Shown here one piece after another: positions 16,139 to 24,680 of a DNA stretch of 24,854 nt; the first letter of the stretch is position 1; each line of letters opens with the position of its first letter. The DNA is from a virus. Its lineage: Duplodnaviria; Caudoviricetes. The stretch spans positions 1-24,854 of the IMG/VR virus record IMGVR_UViG_3300050119_000279. The stretch is one strand, 5' to 3'. Made by a program: the position numbers and the translations under genes. The notes under the pieces were generated by a model. That model made no database searches, had not been told where the DNA came from, and worked only from the letters and a program-made list of their open reading frames with translations.

Positions 16139-16224
16139 GGACTGGATGTTGTGGGTTGTCCTCCCACCGGGCTAAATCACGGGTTGCCCTCCGTAGGCTG
16201 ATAAGTTCACCTTGCCAAGTGAAC
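16139..16224 (+). ncRNA. Structured capsid 5' leader: three tandem hairpin/pseudoknot units
   Basis: GGAC-tggatgtt-GTGGG-tt-GTCC-t-CCCAC; GGGC-taaatc-ACGG-gtt-GCCC-t-CCGT; GGC-tgataa-GTTCAC-ctt-GCC-aa-GTGAAC. Confidence 0.6.
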
Positions 16225-16253
16225 GTGAATATCATTAACTTACGAGGTCAACC

Positions 16254-16555
16254 ATGTCATTCCCTACCGGAATTACAAATATCAACAATTTTGCTCCAGA
16301 GTTGCCAGTGCAGGCTTCTGAAGATCTATTGTCAACTCCAATGTTCAATTTGATCCACTCTTTCGGAGTCGATCTTCATCATGCCGAAGCTTATATCGGT
16401 AAAACTACACGTATGTCACGTTTTGAGCGTCTATCTACAGATGGCGGTCAACTTGATGGTTCTGGTATTGATCCAGCATCTGAAGTTCCAGTTCGTAGCG
16501 ATATTGACGCAACAATGGAAATTTATGCGAAATCAATTGTTACAAATGAGCAGGT
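16254..16555 (+). CDS. Major capsid protein (N4-gp56-like), exon 1
   Basis: GAGG SD; G.T.R..RFERL...L...GIDP......R.DIDA....Y......NEQV motif; capsid-like sequence stops at the group I 5' splice site. Confidence 0.9.
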
Positions 16556-16646
16556 CAAAAAATTATGCACAGCCTGCTATAAACCAACTCTAAATATCTT
16601 GGAAGGCCTAAAAGTTTAATAAACTCAAGGTAACCAGAGGCAACTC

Positions 16647-17135
16647 TTAATTATAGGAACGATTTCTAGCATGAAGATTACGAAGTTCGAGACAAAGTTT
16701 AGCGCGAAGTTCATGGATCTCAGGTTTAACTTGAGGACCAGATTGACCAACGCAATAAAACTTTTGTTTACCCGATCTAACCATCTCCATGATGATTTCA
16801 GCCTGTCTTTTCTTAATGATGAGATAGGGATAAATAATTTCACATATATGAAGAAGTCTATCACCGGTACATTGCCATTTATATACAGTTTTAAGACTGT
16901 TTATAGGTGTTTGTTTTCTAGTGTATTTAAACTTTTTGCTGCCAAAATTATCAACAAGCCAGTCGATGAGAATTTCATCAGTGGAACTAATGATAAGATA
17001 GGTTGTGTACCAAGGATTACCATTCTTGGCTTTAGCATAAGTTCCGGAAGTAAGGGCACCTTCACCATCAACAATGCCAGCCATATAGGCACAAATTGTT
17101 TCTGGATAAATTTTGCGAATGTATTTATCAATCAT
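16647..17135 (-). CDS. Single-motif LAGLIDADG homing endonuclease, intron-encoded, antisense
   Basis: AYMAGIVDGEG motif, Y.W, IYPYLIIKKRQAE motif; likely start ATG 17135 (MIDKY) with GGA upstream; 162 aa. Confidence 0.9.
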   Translation of the reverse strand: MIDKYIRKIYPETICAYMAGIVDGEGALTSGTYAKAKNGNPWYTTYLIISSTDEILIDWLVDNFGSKKFKYTRKQTPINSLKTVYKWQCTGDRLLHICEIIYPYLIIKKRQAEIIMEMVRSGKQKFYCVGQSGPQVKPEIHELRAKLCLELRNLHARNRSYN

Positions 17136-17169
17136 ATGAAATCCATTGCTAACGTTGTTATATACGTTA

Positions 17170-17198
17170 ATGATAACATAATTAAGGCAGAGCCGCAA
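17170..17198 (-). promoter_or_regulatory. Antisense promoter for the homing endonuclease
   Basis: Minus strand TTGCGG-N17-TATCAT with TGn extended -10, about 35 nt upstream of ATG 17135. Confidence 0.6.
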
Positions 17199-17371
17199 CG
17201 ACTAAGTGAGATGGACTGCATTATTTTAATGCGGTAAGCGATAGTCTAAACAATGGTGAAAGCCATTGAGACGGGATTAACAAGACCGTCCGCCACAATA
17301 AAAGTCCACCGAGACTATAAACAAAGTGGTCAGTAAGCTTAACTATGAGCTGAAAGTAATAGATCCCAGTG

Positions 17372-18038
17372 TGTGCTTTGGGAAAATAGCAAGACTCTAA
17401 CAAAGTTTACAGCATTATTAGGACAATGGGTAAGAGAAAAAGAAGATTTGCTAATGCGCGACCTTTTCAGTTCTAGTGTATCTTATATTAATGCCACAGG
17501 TGGTTTAAACGGCGATCAGCCTTCAAACATATCCTTGAACGATGTTAATAATATTGAAACTATTCTTCTTGGTAATGATGCGCGTACAATGCTTGTAAGC
17601 ATAGATGCAATGAATAAATTTGCTACAGGCCCTACTAGAGATGCTTTTATAGCGCTTGCAAATACAAATTTGACAAACGATCTTCAGAAAGTACAAGGTG
17701 TATTGCTTAAAAATGCATATCCTGCACAAGAAGGTCTAAGACCAGAAGAGTATTGTTCGATCTCTAGATTCCGTTTCTTTGTTTCTTCTAAAGCTGCAAA
17801 GATTCCTGGAGCATCACTTAAAGGTAATACTGTTTATACAATCCCTATGTATGGTTTAGAAGCTGCAGCCAAGATTGAACAGAATAACTACACCGCTGTT
17901 ATCGGTTACCGTCCGCCATGGGTTGTTTCGTCTGTTTCACAAAACAGTCAACTATATGCGAAGTTTGCGATTGCTCGCGCGATTACAAACCAAAATTGGA
18001 TCTCTGGTCTGAATGCGACAACATTCCAACCATCATAA
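17372..18038 (+). CDS. Major capsid protein (N4-gp56-like), exon 2
   Basis: Spliced junction CAG GT|T GTG CTT TGG reads NEQVVLWENSKTL; LGQW.REKED.LMRD motif; 302+667 nt gives 322 aa. Confidence 0.9.
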
Positions 18039-18051
18039 GGAGAAATAGATC

Positions 18052-19104
18052 ATGCCTTTTACTATCTTAACAGGTAATACATTCACCTCTACAGGTGCAG
18101 GCGTTAAAATTAATTTGCCAAGTTCAGCAGATTATTTTGTAACTACTAATATGACACAACTTCCACTTGCTCCAGCGACTGGTGTTGTGATTCGTTCTGA
18201 ATGGTTCGGCCCTAAATTTGGCCTTGGTCAAACGGCTGTAAATAATGGGATACGTTGGAAGAAAACAGCTTCAGTTAATGCGATTGAAATTGATACTTTT
18301 GCGACATCTACAGCATCAAACGGTTTCACTTATGTAACAAAAGTCCCAGTAGTTGAAGCGCAAGCCGCTAATGCTATCACAGCGATTACAGCAGCTAACC
18401 CAGCAGTAGTTGCACAGACTAACACCTATTCAAATGGTGATGTTGTGAGACTATATGGCACAACTGGAATGTTGCAAATTGGTGGAATGGATTTCCAAAT
18501 CAGTTCAGTCTCTGGCTCTGGTTATACATTGTTAGGTCTACCAGCTACCGCAGGCAATGGCTTTGCAAGTGCTGGTACTGCTGGATTTACACGCAGAATT
18601 TCACAATTTAATGCAGTTGATCCAGAGTTCCTATATATCACTAACATTTCTAATGCTACACAAGCCGTTGTTTCGACTTCAGTCGATCCAAGTAACTACT
18701 ATGTAGTAGGTATGAAGATTCATTTCAGTGTGCCTTATTCATATGGTATGACTCAAATTAATCAACTTACTGGAAATATCATAGCTGTTAATGCTGTGGG
18801 AGCAACTTCTAATATTGGTGCATATAACGTGACAGTGGATATTGATACAAGTGCCTTTACTGCATTTGCATTCCCAGCATCTACAGCTTCACCGACAGCG
18901 CCATTATGGGCAACTTTTGCACCAGCTGGACAAAACACACAGTTTAACCCTCTTACAGGCGTTCAAACTGGTTATGACTTTGTGAAGGCTCCGTTCCATA
19001 CAGGTCAATTTACTCCATATATGTTCCTTGCCGGTGGCGCTCAGTCCCCTGCTGGTGCTAACTTGGATCAAATTAACTGGATCGCATACAAGTTTGAAAA
19101 CTAG
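18052..19104 (+). CDS. Virion structural/decoration protein with repeated beta-barrel (E1-FCCH-like) domains
   Basis: ITAITAANPAVV...GDVV....GM..I and ITNISNATQAVV...GM.Q.N repeats; directly follows the capsid gene; AAGGAG SD. Confidence 0.7.
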   Translation: MPFTILTGNTFTSTGAGVKINLPSSADYFVTTNMTQLPLAPATGVVIRSEWFGPKFGLGQTAVNNGIRWKKTASVNAIEIDTFATSTASNGFTYVTKVPVVEAQAANAITAITAANPAVVAQTNTYSNGDVVRLYGTTGMLQIGGMDFQISSVSGSGYTLLGLPATAGNGFASAGTAGFTRRISQFNAVDPEFLYITNISNATQAVVSTSVDPSNYYVVGMKIHFSVPYSYGMTQINQLTGNIIAVNAVGATSNIGAYNVTVDIDTSAFTAFAFPASTASPTAPLWATFAPAGQNTQFNPLTGVQTGYDFVKAPFHTGQFTPYMFLAGGAQSPAGANLDQINWIAYKFEN

Positions 19105-19107
19105 ATG

Positions 19108-19136
19108 ATAAGGAGGGGTAAAACCCTCCTTATTTT
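19108..19136 (+). terminator. Intrinsic terminator after the capsid/decoration genes
   Basis: ATAAGGAGGG-GTAAAA-CCCTCCTTAT followed by TTT. Confidence 0.75.
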
Positions 19137-19146
19137 ATGAGGTTAG

Positions 19147-19548
19147 ATGACATTTCCGAATAACTCGAATCAGTACTTACCCGGCGTTATCCAGATACCA
19201 AGTACGTTGGAGATTACGGCATTAACAAATACTTATCCGGCTATTGTGACCATTTCGATAGAAGTAGTTACAGCGGCAAATACTTATATTTTTGGGCAAT
19301 TAGTCCGTCTTAATATTCCTTATTCTTATGGAATGTCACAAGCAAATGGATTAGTGGCAACAGTACTTTCGAATAATGGGACGCAATTAGTTTTAGATCT
19401 TAATACAACTAATTTTGATCCTTTTGTCGTTCCTTCGGGGAATGTTTCCCAGCCGGCTAGTGTTGCTCCGGCAGGTTCAAGAAATTTAGAATATAATAAC
19501 AGCACAGATTTTGTCCCTTTTCAATCGTTAAATAACAGAGGTAATTAA
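19147..19548 (+). CDS. Virion structural protein, single-domain paralog of the 18052..19104 C-terminal domain
   Basis: ITALTNTYPAIV...GQLVRLNIPYSYGMSQANGL aligns with GMKIHFSVPYSYGMTQINQL. Confidence 0.7.
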   Translation: MTFPNNSNQYLPGVIQIPSTLEITALTNTYPAIVTISIEVVTAANTYIFGQLVRLNIPYSYGMSQANGLVATVLSNNGTQLVLDLNTTNFDPFVVPSGNVSQPASVAPAGSRNLEYNNSTDFVPFQSLNNRGN

Positions 19549-19974
19549 ATGGCTCATGTCGTCATGTGTACAGCTTCGGGAGAACAACATGGATTGATTA
19601 ACACTTTAACCAATTCAGTTGTCTTTGATGATTTTAAATCTATGGATCCTTCCATTAAAACAAAATGCGAGAAAGAGAAGAAAGAAGATGCTCGCATAGT
19701 TAAAGTTAAATATTTGAATACTCGTGGTAAACATGAACGTTTATCAAAACCTTATTGTCGATGGGCTGGCGATCCAATTCAAATGTGGCATTTGATTCCT
19801 GGCCAAGTCTATGACATTCCTTACGGAATGGTCAAAGAAGTTAATAACGTGAAGATGCCTAAACGTAGTGGTCTTGTGACTATTGATGGTCAAGCTTTAA
19901 AAAAAGATGAATCACCATTAGACAAGGATGAAGACGGCGAGCAATTGCACTTGCTTGTTCCAGCCTCTTTTTAG
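19549..19974 (+). CDS. Hypothetical protein of the morphogenesis module
   Basis: GAGG SD; abuts the previous gene. Confidence 0.75.
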   Translation: MAHVVMCTASGEQHGLINTLTNSVVFDDFKSMDPSIKTKCEKEKKEDARIVKVKYLNTRGKHERLSKPYCRWAGDPIQMWHLIPGQVYDIPYGMVKEVNNVKMPKRSGLVTIDGQALKKDESPLDKDEDGEQLHLLVPASF

Positions 19975-20020
19975 GGTTTTTATTTTGTAATATTAAGTTG
20001 TTCTCCTTGGAGATCTAATT

Positions 20021-20037
20021 TGTAAAGCCGCTTTACA
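20021..20037. promoter_or_regulatory. 17-bp palindrome, copy 2
   Basis: TGTAAAGC-C-GCTTTACA, 16 nt upstream of ATG 20054. Confidence 0.65.
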
Positions 20038-20053
20038 TATATAAGGTAAATTT

Positions 20054-21106
20054 ATGACATCGCCCATTGCTCCCGCAGATTCAACCTATGCAAGAATAGA
20101 GCAGAAAGTGCGCCGTTTAACAGCATCTTCAGGCGAATTGTCTTTAAAATCGACAGACATTCAACAGGCGGTAAATGTTTTTTACAGTCAGGATTTCCCT
20201 TATGGAATTAAAATTGATCAAATGCGATCTGTATATACGTTCTTTACGGAGCCAAATAGAGATCGCTATCCTTTAGATGTTAATTTCAATCAAGGTGTAA
20301 GAGCGCCAATGTATGTTGAAGGGATTCAAGGAAATTTCTTTAAGGATCGGCAACAATTTTATGCTTTATGGCCAAGATTTCCAACAGAATTTAAACCTAT
20401 CAATGGTGATGGAACAACTACAACTTTTAATTTTAATATTCAAGGCCCTTTCCTGAGTAAGGAAGTTGTTTTAGGGGGAGTAGATAAAAATGGTTCTCCA
20501 ATTAGTGTGAATGATGACGGTAATGGAAATTTGCAGTTATTAACGCCTAATGCTGTTAGATCTGTTCCCCTTCAAACGACTAATCCAGCTTTACCAGGAA
20601 TGTATAATAATAATACGGGCAATCCTGGCTTAAACAATCCTCAAAATATTGGTACTGTTAATTATGTAAATGGAAATTTCAGCCTTGTATTTCCTATTGC
20701 TCCAGCGGCTGGAACTCAGATGACGCTTTGGGTTAGTCAATATCAAACAGGACGACCATATAGTTTATTATTCTGGAATAACGAATTTACTATTCGACCT
20801 GTACCAAAATTGATACATAAGATTGAGGTAGAAACTTTTCTAACTCCAGTTCAATTCATGCAGCAAACTGATACACCTATTTTAAATCAATGGTGGCAAT
20901 ATATCGCTTATGGAGCCGCAATGGAGATCCTTAGAGAGCGTCAAGATCTTGAGGGCGTGTCTAACTTATCAGAAGGATTTCAACGTCAGGAAGCTCTTGT
21001 TTTAGAGCGCCAAGCTATTGAAGAATTATTCACACCGAATCCAACAATCTTTAACTCTGTGACTCCATCGGCTGGTGGTGTTAATGGCATAGGATATTAT
21101 TGGTAA
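20054..21106 (+). CDS. Head-tail adaptor-like protein with an inserted beta domain
   Basis: N-terminal helices (I..KVRRLT), C-terminal IRPVP...WWQYIAYGAA..I helices; position typical of podovirus adaptors. Confidence 0.6.
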   Translation: MTSPIAPADSTYARIEQKVRRLTASSGELSLKSTDIQQAVNVFYSQDFPYGIKIDQMRSVYTFFTEPNRDRYPLDVNFNQGVRAPMYVEGIQGNFFKDRQQFYALWPRFPTEFKPINGDGTTTTFNFNIQGPFLSKEVVLGGVDKNGSPISVNDDGNGNLQLLTPNAVRSVPLQTTNPALPGMYNNNTGNPGLNNPQNIGTVNYVNGNFSLVFPIAPAAGTQMTLWVSQYQTGRPYSLLFWNNEFTIRPVPKLIHKIEVETFLTPVQFMQQTDTPILNQWWQYIAYGAAMEILRERQDLEGVSNLSEGFQRQEALVLERQAIEELFTPNPTIFNSVTPSAGGVNGIGYYW

Positions 21107-21107
21107 T

Positions 21108-23408
21108 ATGGCAGGATATCAACCACTTTACATTAAAGGCAATGAAACGGGCTTAGTACAAAATAGGCAGGAATTCATTTTGCCAAATGATGCTTATCCG
21201 ATTCTAGAGAATGCTTATATATTCAGAGAACAACTTAAGCGTAAACAAGGTTGTCAATTACTTGGAAGACTTCGAAGAGATCTTATTAATTATCCAACTA
21301 CCGGATCCCCTCTTTTAGGTGTCACGGATGGATCGGGGAATTTTTCAGGTAATCTTTTTACAATTCTTGTTTCTCTAGGTTATATAAATGCTAGTGAAAA
21401 CTCTGGTATTGTCTTAGGAATGGTTAATATTCATGTTAATGCCTTTGGTACATTTATAGAAAACTCACCTCCAAATGGAACATTATCAGCTCCATTTTCA
21501 GGAACTGGCATTATTAATTATGCGACAGGTGCATTTAGTGTAAGTACAGCAGGCGCAGCCCCTGGCCAAAACGTTCATTTATATTTGTTTAGTTATTATC
21601 CTGGCCTTCCTGTCATGGGATTGCGTTCACGCCAATTAAATACTATTAATAATGAAATGACCATCGCTTTTGATACCATATATGCCTATCGCTTTGTAGG
21701 TACTTCATGGCAAGAATTTATTCCGGGAACTGTTTGGACTGGTGATGATTCCGATTTATTTTGGACAACAAATTATTGGGTTAGCGCCGCTAATGCTAAA
21801 CTTTTTTGGGTCACTAACTTTTCAGGAATTACCGGTGATCCCATTCGTTATACAGATGGGATAACTTGGACAACTTTTGCTCCTGTTATTGATGCGGCTG
21901 GCAATCTATTAACTCAATGTCTTTGTATAATCCCATTTCGTGGAAGATTGGTTGTATTTAATACTTTAGAAGGGGCGAATTTAGCCACCTCGGTATCTTA
22001 TCCAAATAGGATACGATGGGCAGCAATAGGCAGCCCCTTTACGACTAACGCTTGGAGAGATGACATTAGAGGCCAAGGAGGTTTTCTTGATATTCCTACT
22101 TCAGAAAATATTATTTCAGTTGGTTTTGTTCGTGACAATCTTGTTGTTTATTGCGAAAGCAGCACTTGGCAACTTCGTTATACTGGCCGATCAATTGCGC
22201 CATTTCAGATCGAGAAAGTTAATAGCGAACTTGGAGCTGAAAGCACATTTAGTGCTATTCAATTTGATACGTCTTTAGTTGGCATTGGTGATAAAGGTAT
22301 TGTTGAATGCGATAGCTATAAGAGCGAAAGAATTGATATCAAGATTCCAGATCTTGTTTATCTATTTCAAAATCAACTTTCCGGCCCCAAACGCGTATAT
22401 GGTATTAGAAACTTCCAGAAAAGGTTGGCTTTTTGGACTTATCCTTATCAACCAACGGGAGCCAAGTTTCCGAATCGTCGTTTAGTTTATAATTATGAAA
22501 ACGACTCATGGGCAATTTATATTGATTCATTTACAGCTTTAGGAACATTTCAGCCTCAGACATCTAGAACATGGGCAGGTACTGTTTCGCCATGGCGTTC
22601 TCAGAATTATGCTTGGTTTGATACGCCGGCACTTTTCCCGGATATTGTTGGAGGAAATCAAGAAGGTTATGTTGTTTATTTAGATAAGAAAGTAACTAAT
22701 GATGTTACATTAGCTATTAGCAATATTGTCGGTAATTCTCCTTTACCAACCGTTTTAACAGTGATCGATCATAACTTCCAAATTGGTCAAGAAGGTCAAA
22801 TAATCCAAATTAGTGGAATTCCAATAGGAACACCTTTTGCTAATTTAAATGGTGGAATTTTCGAAGTAGATGTTATTAATTCTAATAGTTTTAGATTGTT
22901 TTTATATGATCCTACAACACAGGAATTTAGTACTCCTCAGACCGATACGCCAGGTACATATATTGGTGGAGGTCAAATAAGTGTTAAAGATAACTTTAGA
23001 ATCGTTAGTAAAAAGTTTAACTTTCTAGATGAAGGTCAAAATATCCAATTAGGATTCATTGATATTCTTATGGATGATACTTCTACTGCAAACGGATCTG
23101 AAGATGGGGAAATTTCACTAAAAGTATATGTCGATTATAATAATTCAAGTCCTGTCAATATTCTTCCTCAAAATTCTCAATCCGATACTTTCTTTAATGC
23201 AAGTGTGCCAACTTATCGTATTTCTGGGGAAGAAGCATCAAAGAATTTTCAAAGAGTTTTCTGTCCGGTTCGAGGCGCATTTATTACTATTGAATGGACA
23301 CTTTCAAATTTACAAATGACAACAGGTGCGCAAGAATCTGATGTTCAAATTGATCTTCAAATATTATGGATACGTAAAGCCGGGAAGCTACTTCCACGAG
23401 GAGTTTAA
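21108..23408 (+). CDS. Tail nozzle / DNA stabilization protein (P22 gp10/T7 gp12-like, beta-propeller)
   Basis: 766 aa, beta-rich; FRGRLVV, IRWAAIG, LVYNYENDSW blade-like motifs; follows the adaptor. Confidence 0.7.
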   Translation: MAGYQPLYIKGNETGLVQNRQEFILPNDAYPILENAYIFREQLKRKQGCQLLGRLRRDLINYPTTGSPLLGVTDGSGNFSGNLFTILVSLGYINASENSGIVLGMVNIHVNAFGTFIENSPPNGTLSAPFSGTGIINYATGAFSVSTAGAAPGQNVHLYLFSYYPGLPVMGLRSRQLNTINNEMTIAFDTIYAYRFVGTSWQEFIPGTVWTGDDSDLFWTTNYWVSAANAKLFWVTNFSGITGDPIRYTDGITWTTFAPVIDAAGNLLTQCLCIIPFRGRLVVFNTLEGANLATSVSYPNRIRWAAIGSPFTTNAWRDDIRGQGGFLDIPTSENIISVGFVRDNLVVYCESSTWQLRYTGRSIAPFQIEKVNSELGAESTFSAIQFDTSLVGIGDKGIVECDSYKSERIDIKIPDLVYLFQNQLSGPKRVYGIRNFQKRLAFWTYPYQPTGAKFPNRRLVYNYENDSWAIYIDSFTALGTFQPQTSRTWAGTVSPWRSQNYAWFDTPALFPDIVGGNQEGYVVYLDKKVTNDVTLAISNIVGNSPLPTVLTVIDHNFQIGQEGQIIQISGIPIGTPFANLNGGIFEVDVINSNSFRLFLYDPTTQEFSTPQTDTPGTYIGGGQISVKDNFRIVSKKFNFLDEGQNIQLGFIDILMDDTSTANGSEDGEISLKVYVDYNNSSPVNILPQNSQSDTFFNASVPTYRISGEEASKNFQRVFCPVRGAFITIEWTLSNLQMTTGAQESDVQIDLQILWIRKAGKLLPRGV

Positions 23409-23410
23409 AA

Positions 23411-23462
23411 TTGAATGGTTAAGGGTAATGTGTTATAAGTAATAATGACAAGGGGTCATTAT
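23411..23462 (+). promoter_or_regulatory. Promoter plus RBS-sequestering hairpin of the HNH gene
   Basis: TTGAAT-N17-TATAAG with TGn (23411-23439); ATAATGAC (23442-23449)/GTCATTAT (23455-23462) stem enclosing the AAGGGG SD and pairing the AT of the start codon. Confidence 0.55.
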
Positions 23463-24036
23463 GAAAGAAAAAAAATGCGATTATTGTAATAAAATTTATA
23501 AACCAAATTCTCAATGTAAAGAATGCGGTTTAAAATGTCGTTTATTAAATGGAATAAAAAAGAATGGAGATTGTTGGGATTGGAAAAGAAAAATTTCAAA
23601 AACTGGTTATGGACAAATAACTATAAATTCAAAATATTGTTCAGTTCATAGAGAAAGTTATAAATTTTTTAAAGGGGAAATACCTTTAGGCAACCAAGTT
23701 TGTCATTCATGTGACAATAAAAAATGTATTAATCCCGAACATTTATGGGTTGGAACGCAAAAAGAAAATATACAAGATGCAAAAAATAAAAATAGACTTG
23801 CCGATCAAAGAGGAAGAAAACATTCGAAAGAAACATTAGAAAAATTGAAGCTTCGTCCTCATTCAGATCGAAGAGGCGAAAAGCATCATTTGAGAAAATT
23901 AAATGAAAAAGATATTTTTAAAATTAGGGACTTGTTAAAAAATGGTTATACTCAAAAACAAATAGGCGAAATGTATGAAGTTAATCAAAGCACAATTTGT
24001 CAAATCAAAAATGGTAAACGTTGGAGTCATATATGA
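23461..24036 (+). CDS. Free-standing HNH homing endonuclease
   Basis: N-terminal Zn finger; CWDW...GYG...VHR..Y...G.IP....CHSCDNKKCINPEHL..GT..EN; NUMOD3-like GRKHSKET; C-terminal HTH. Confidence 0.9.
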   Translation: MKEKKCDYCNKIYKPNSQCKECGLKCRLLNGIKKNGDCWDWKRKISKTGYGQITINSKYCSVHRESYKFFKGEIPLGNQVCHSCDNKKCINPEHLWVGTQKENIQDAKNKNRLADQRGRKHSKETLEKLKLRPHSDRRGEKHHLRKLNEKDIFKIRDLLKNGYTQKQIGEMYEVNQSTICQIKNGKRWSHI

Positions 24037-24056
24037 CTTAAACTTAGGGGGTTATT

Positions 24057-24680
24057 TTGAGCTTCAATCCTAATGTGCCGCAGCCTAATGATGATTTAAG
24101 CGATAGTCAAGGTGATTTGCTATTGAATTTTCAAACAGCAAATACAAGTTTTGGAAGAGATCATTTTGCTTTTTCCGATCTGACGGCTAATAATGGAAAG
24201 CATAATCAGGTGACAACACCAGTATTTATTGATTCTCCACCTACAGGATTGCCACCAGTTACTACAACAGACCCTAAAGCCTATGGTTTCCAACAAACAG
24301 TACCTTTAGGGGTTTTGCAATATTCTCGTGGCCCTACTAATGCCGTTCCTACGCCTTTAACAAGTTTACAATCACCTTCGACAGCAATTGTTTTAGCACC
24401 TTTAGCAACTACTAATTTATTAGATTTTACAGGAATTTTAAGAGCTGTTGTCGATGTTTACGCCGCTGATTATACTTTACCAGGGTTTGTTGCAATAAAT
24501 GGATTAAAAAACGTTTCGACAGTGTTTTGGAATGGAACTAACTTTTTTACTTTCGCTCAAGCGGCCATACCTTCTTTAGTTATTAGTGCTACAGGAAATA
24601 TTTTACAGTTAAAAAATAATTCAGCAACTCCACTAACGACGGTTTATTGGACAATGCGTTTTGTAAGGATTGATACATGA
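24057..24680 (+). CDS. Putative tail/virion structural protein
   Basis: TTG start with AGGGGG SD; PNVPQPNDDLSDSQ..L..NF N-terminal anchor-like motif and a beta-rich C-terminus. Confidence 0.65.
   Translation: MSFNPNVPQPNDDLSDSQGDLLLNFQTANTSFGRDHFAFSDLTANNGKHNQVTTPVFIDSPPTGLPPVTTTDPKAYGFQQTVPLGVLQYSRGPTNAVPTPLTSLQSPSTAIVLAPLATTNLLDFTGILRAVVDVYAADYTLPGFVAINGLKNVSTVFWNGTNFFTFAQAAIPSLVISATGNILQLKNNSATPLTTVYWTMRFVRIDT

Larger units (their letters stand above)
16556..17371 (+). mobile_element. Group I self-splicing intron (816 nt) in the major capsid gene
   Basis: P1 AGCAGGU/GCCUGCU (16572-16578) with U-G at the splice site; P10 GCACA (16567-16571) pairs with exon 2 UGUGC; P3 CCAACUC (16584-16590)/GAGAUGG (17208-17214); P7 GACUA (17200-17204)/UAGUC (17242-17246); P8 17215-17235; P9 with GAAA tetraloop 17251-17268; terminal G at 17371; splicing restores the frame. 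Confidence 0.93.

Noticed and set aside
16139-16224. Mini CRISPR array or fluoride/preQ1 riboswitch
   Set aside because: Units are not identical repeats with spacers, no cas genes are present, and the conserved nucleotides of those riboswitches are absent by eye.
16254-16619. 121-aa and 221-aa (17373..18038) ORFs as two separate genes or a capsid pseudogene
   Set aside because: They are exons joined in frame by group I splicing.
16671-17237. 188-aa plus-strand ORF inside the intron
   Set aside because: Antisense shadow of the LAGLIDADG gene that runs through the ribozyme core; no recognisable motifs.
10907-23319. Short alternative-frame or antisense ORFs within terL, portal, capsid and nozzle genes (e.g. 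10907, 13020, 13103, 13587, 17523, 22060, 22279, 23128)
   Set aside because: Fully nested in long motif-bearing genes with no independent signals.
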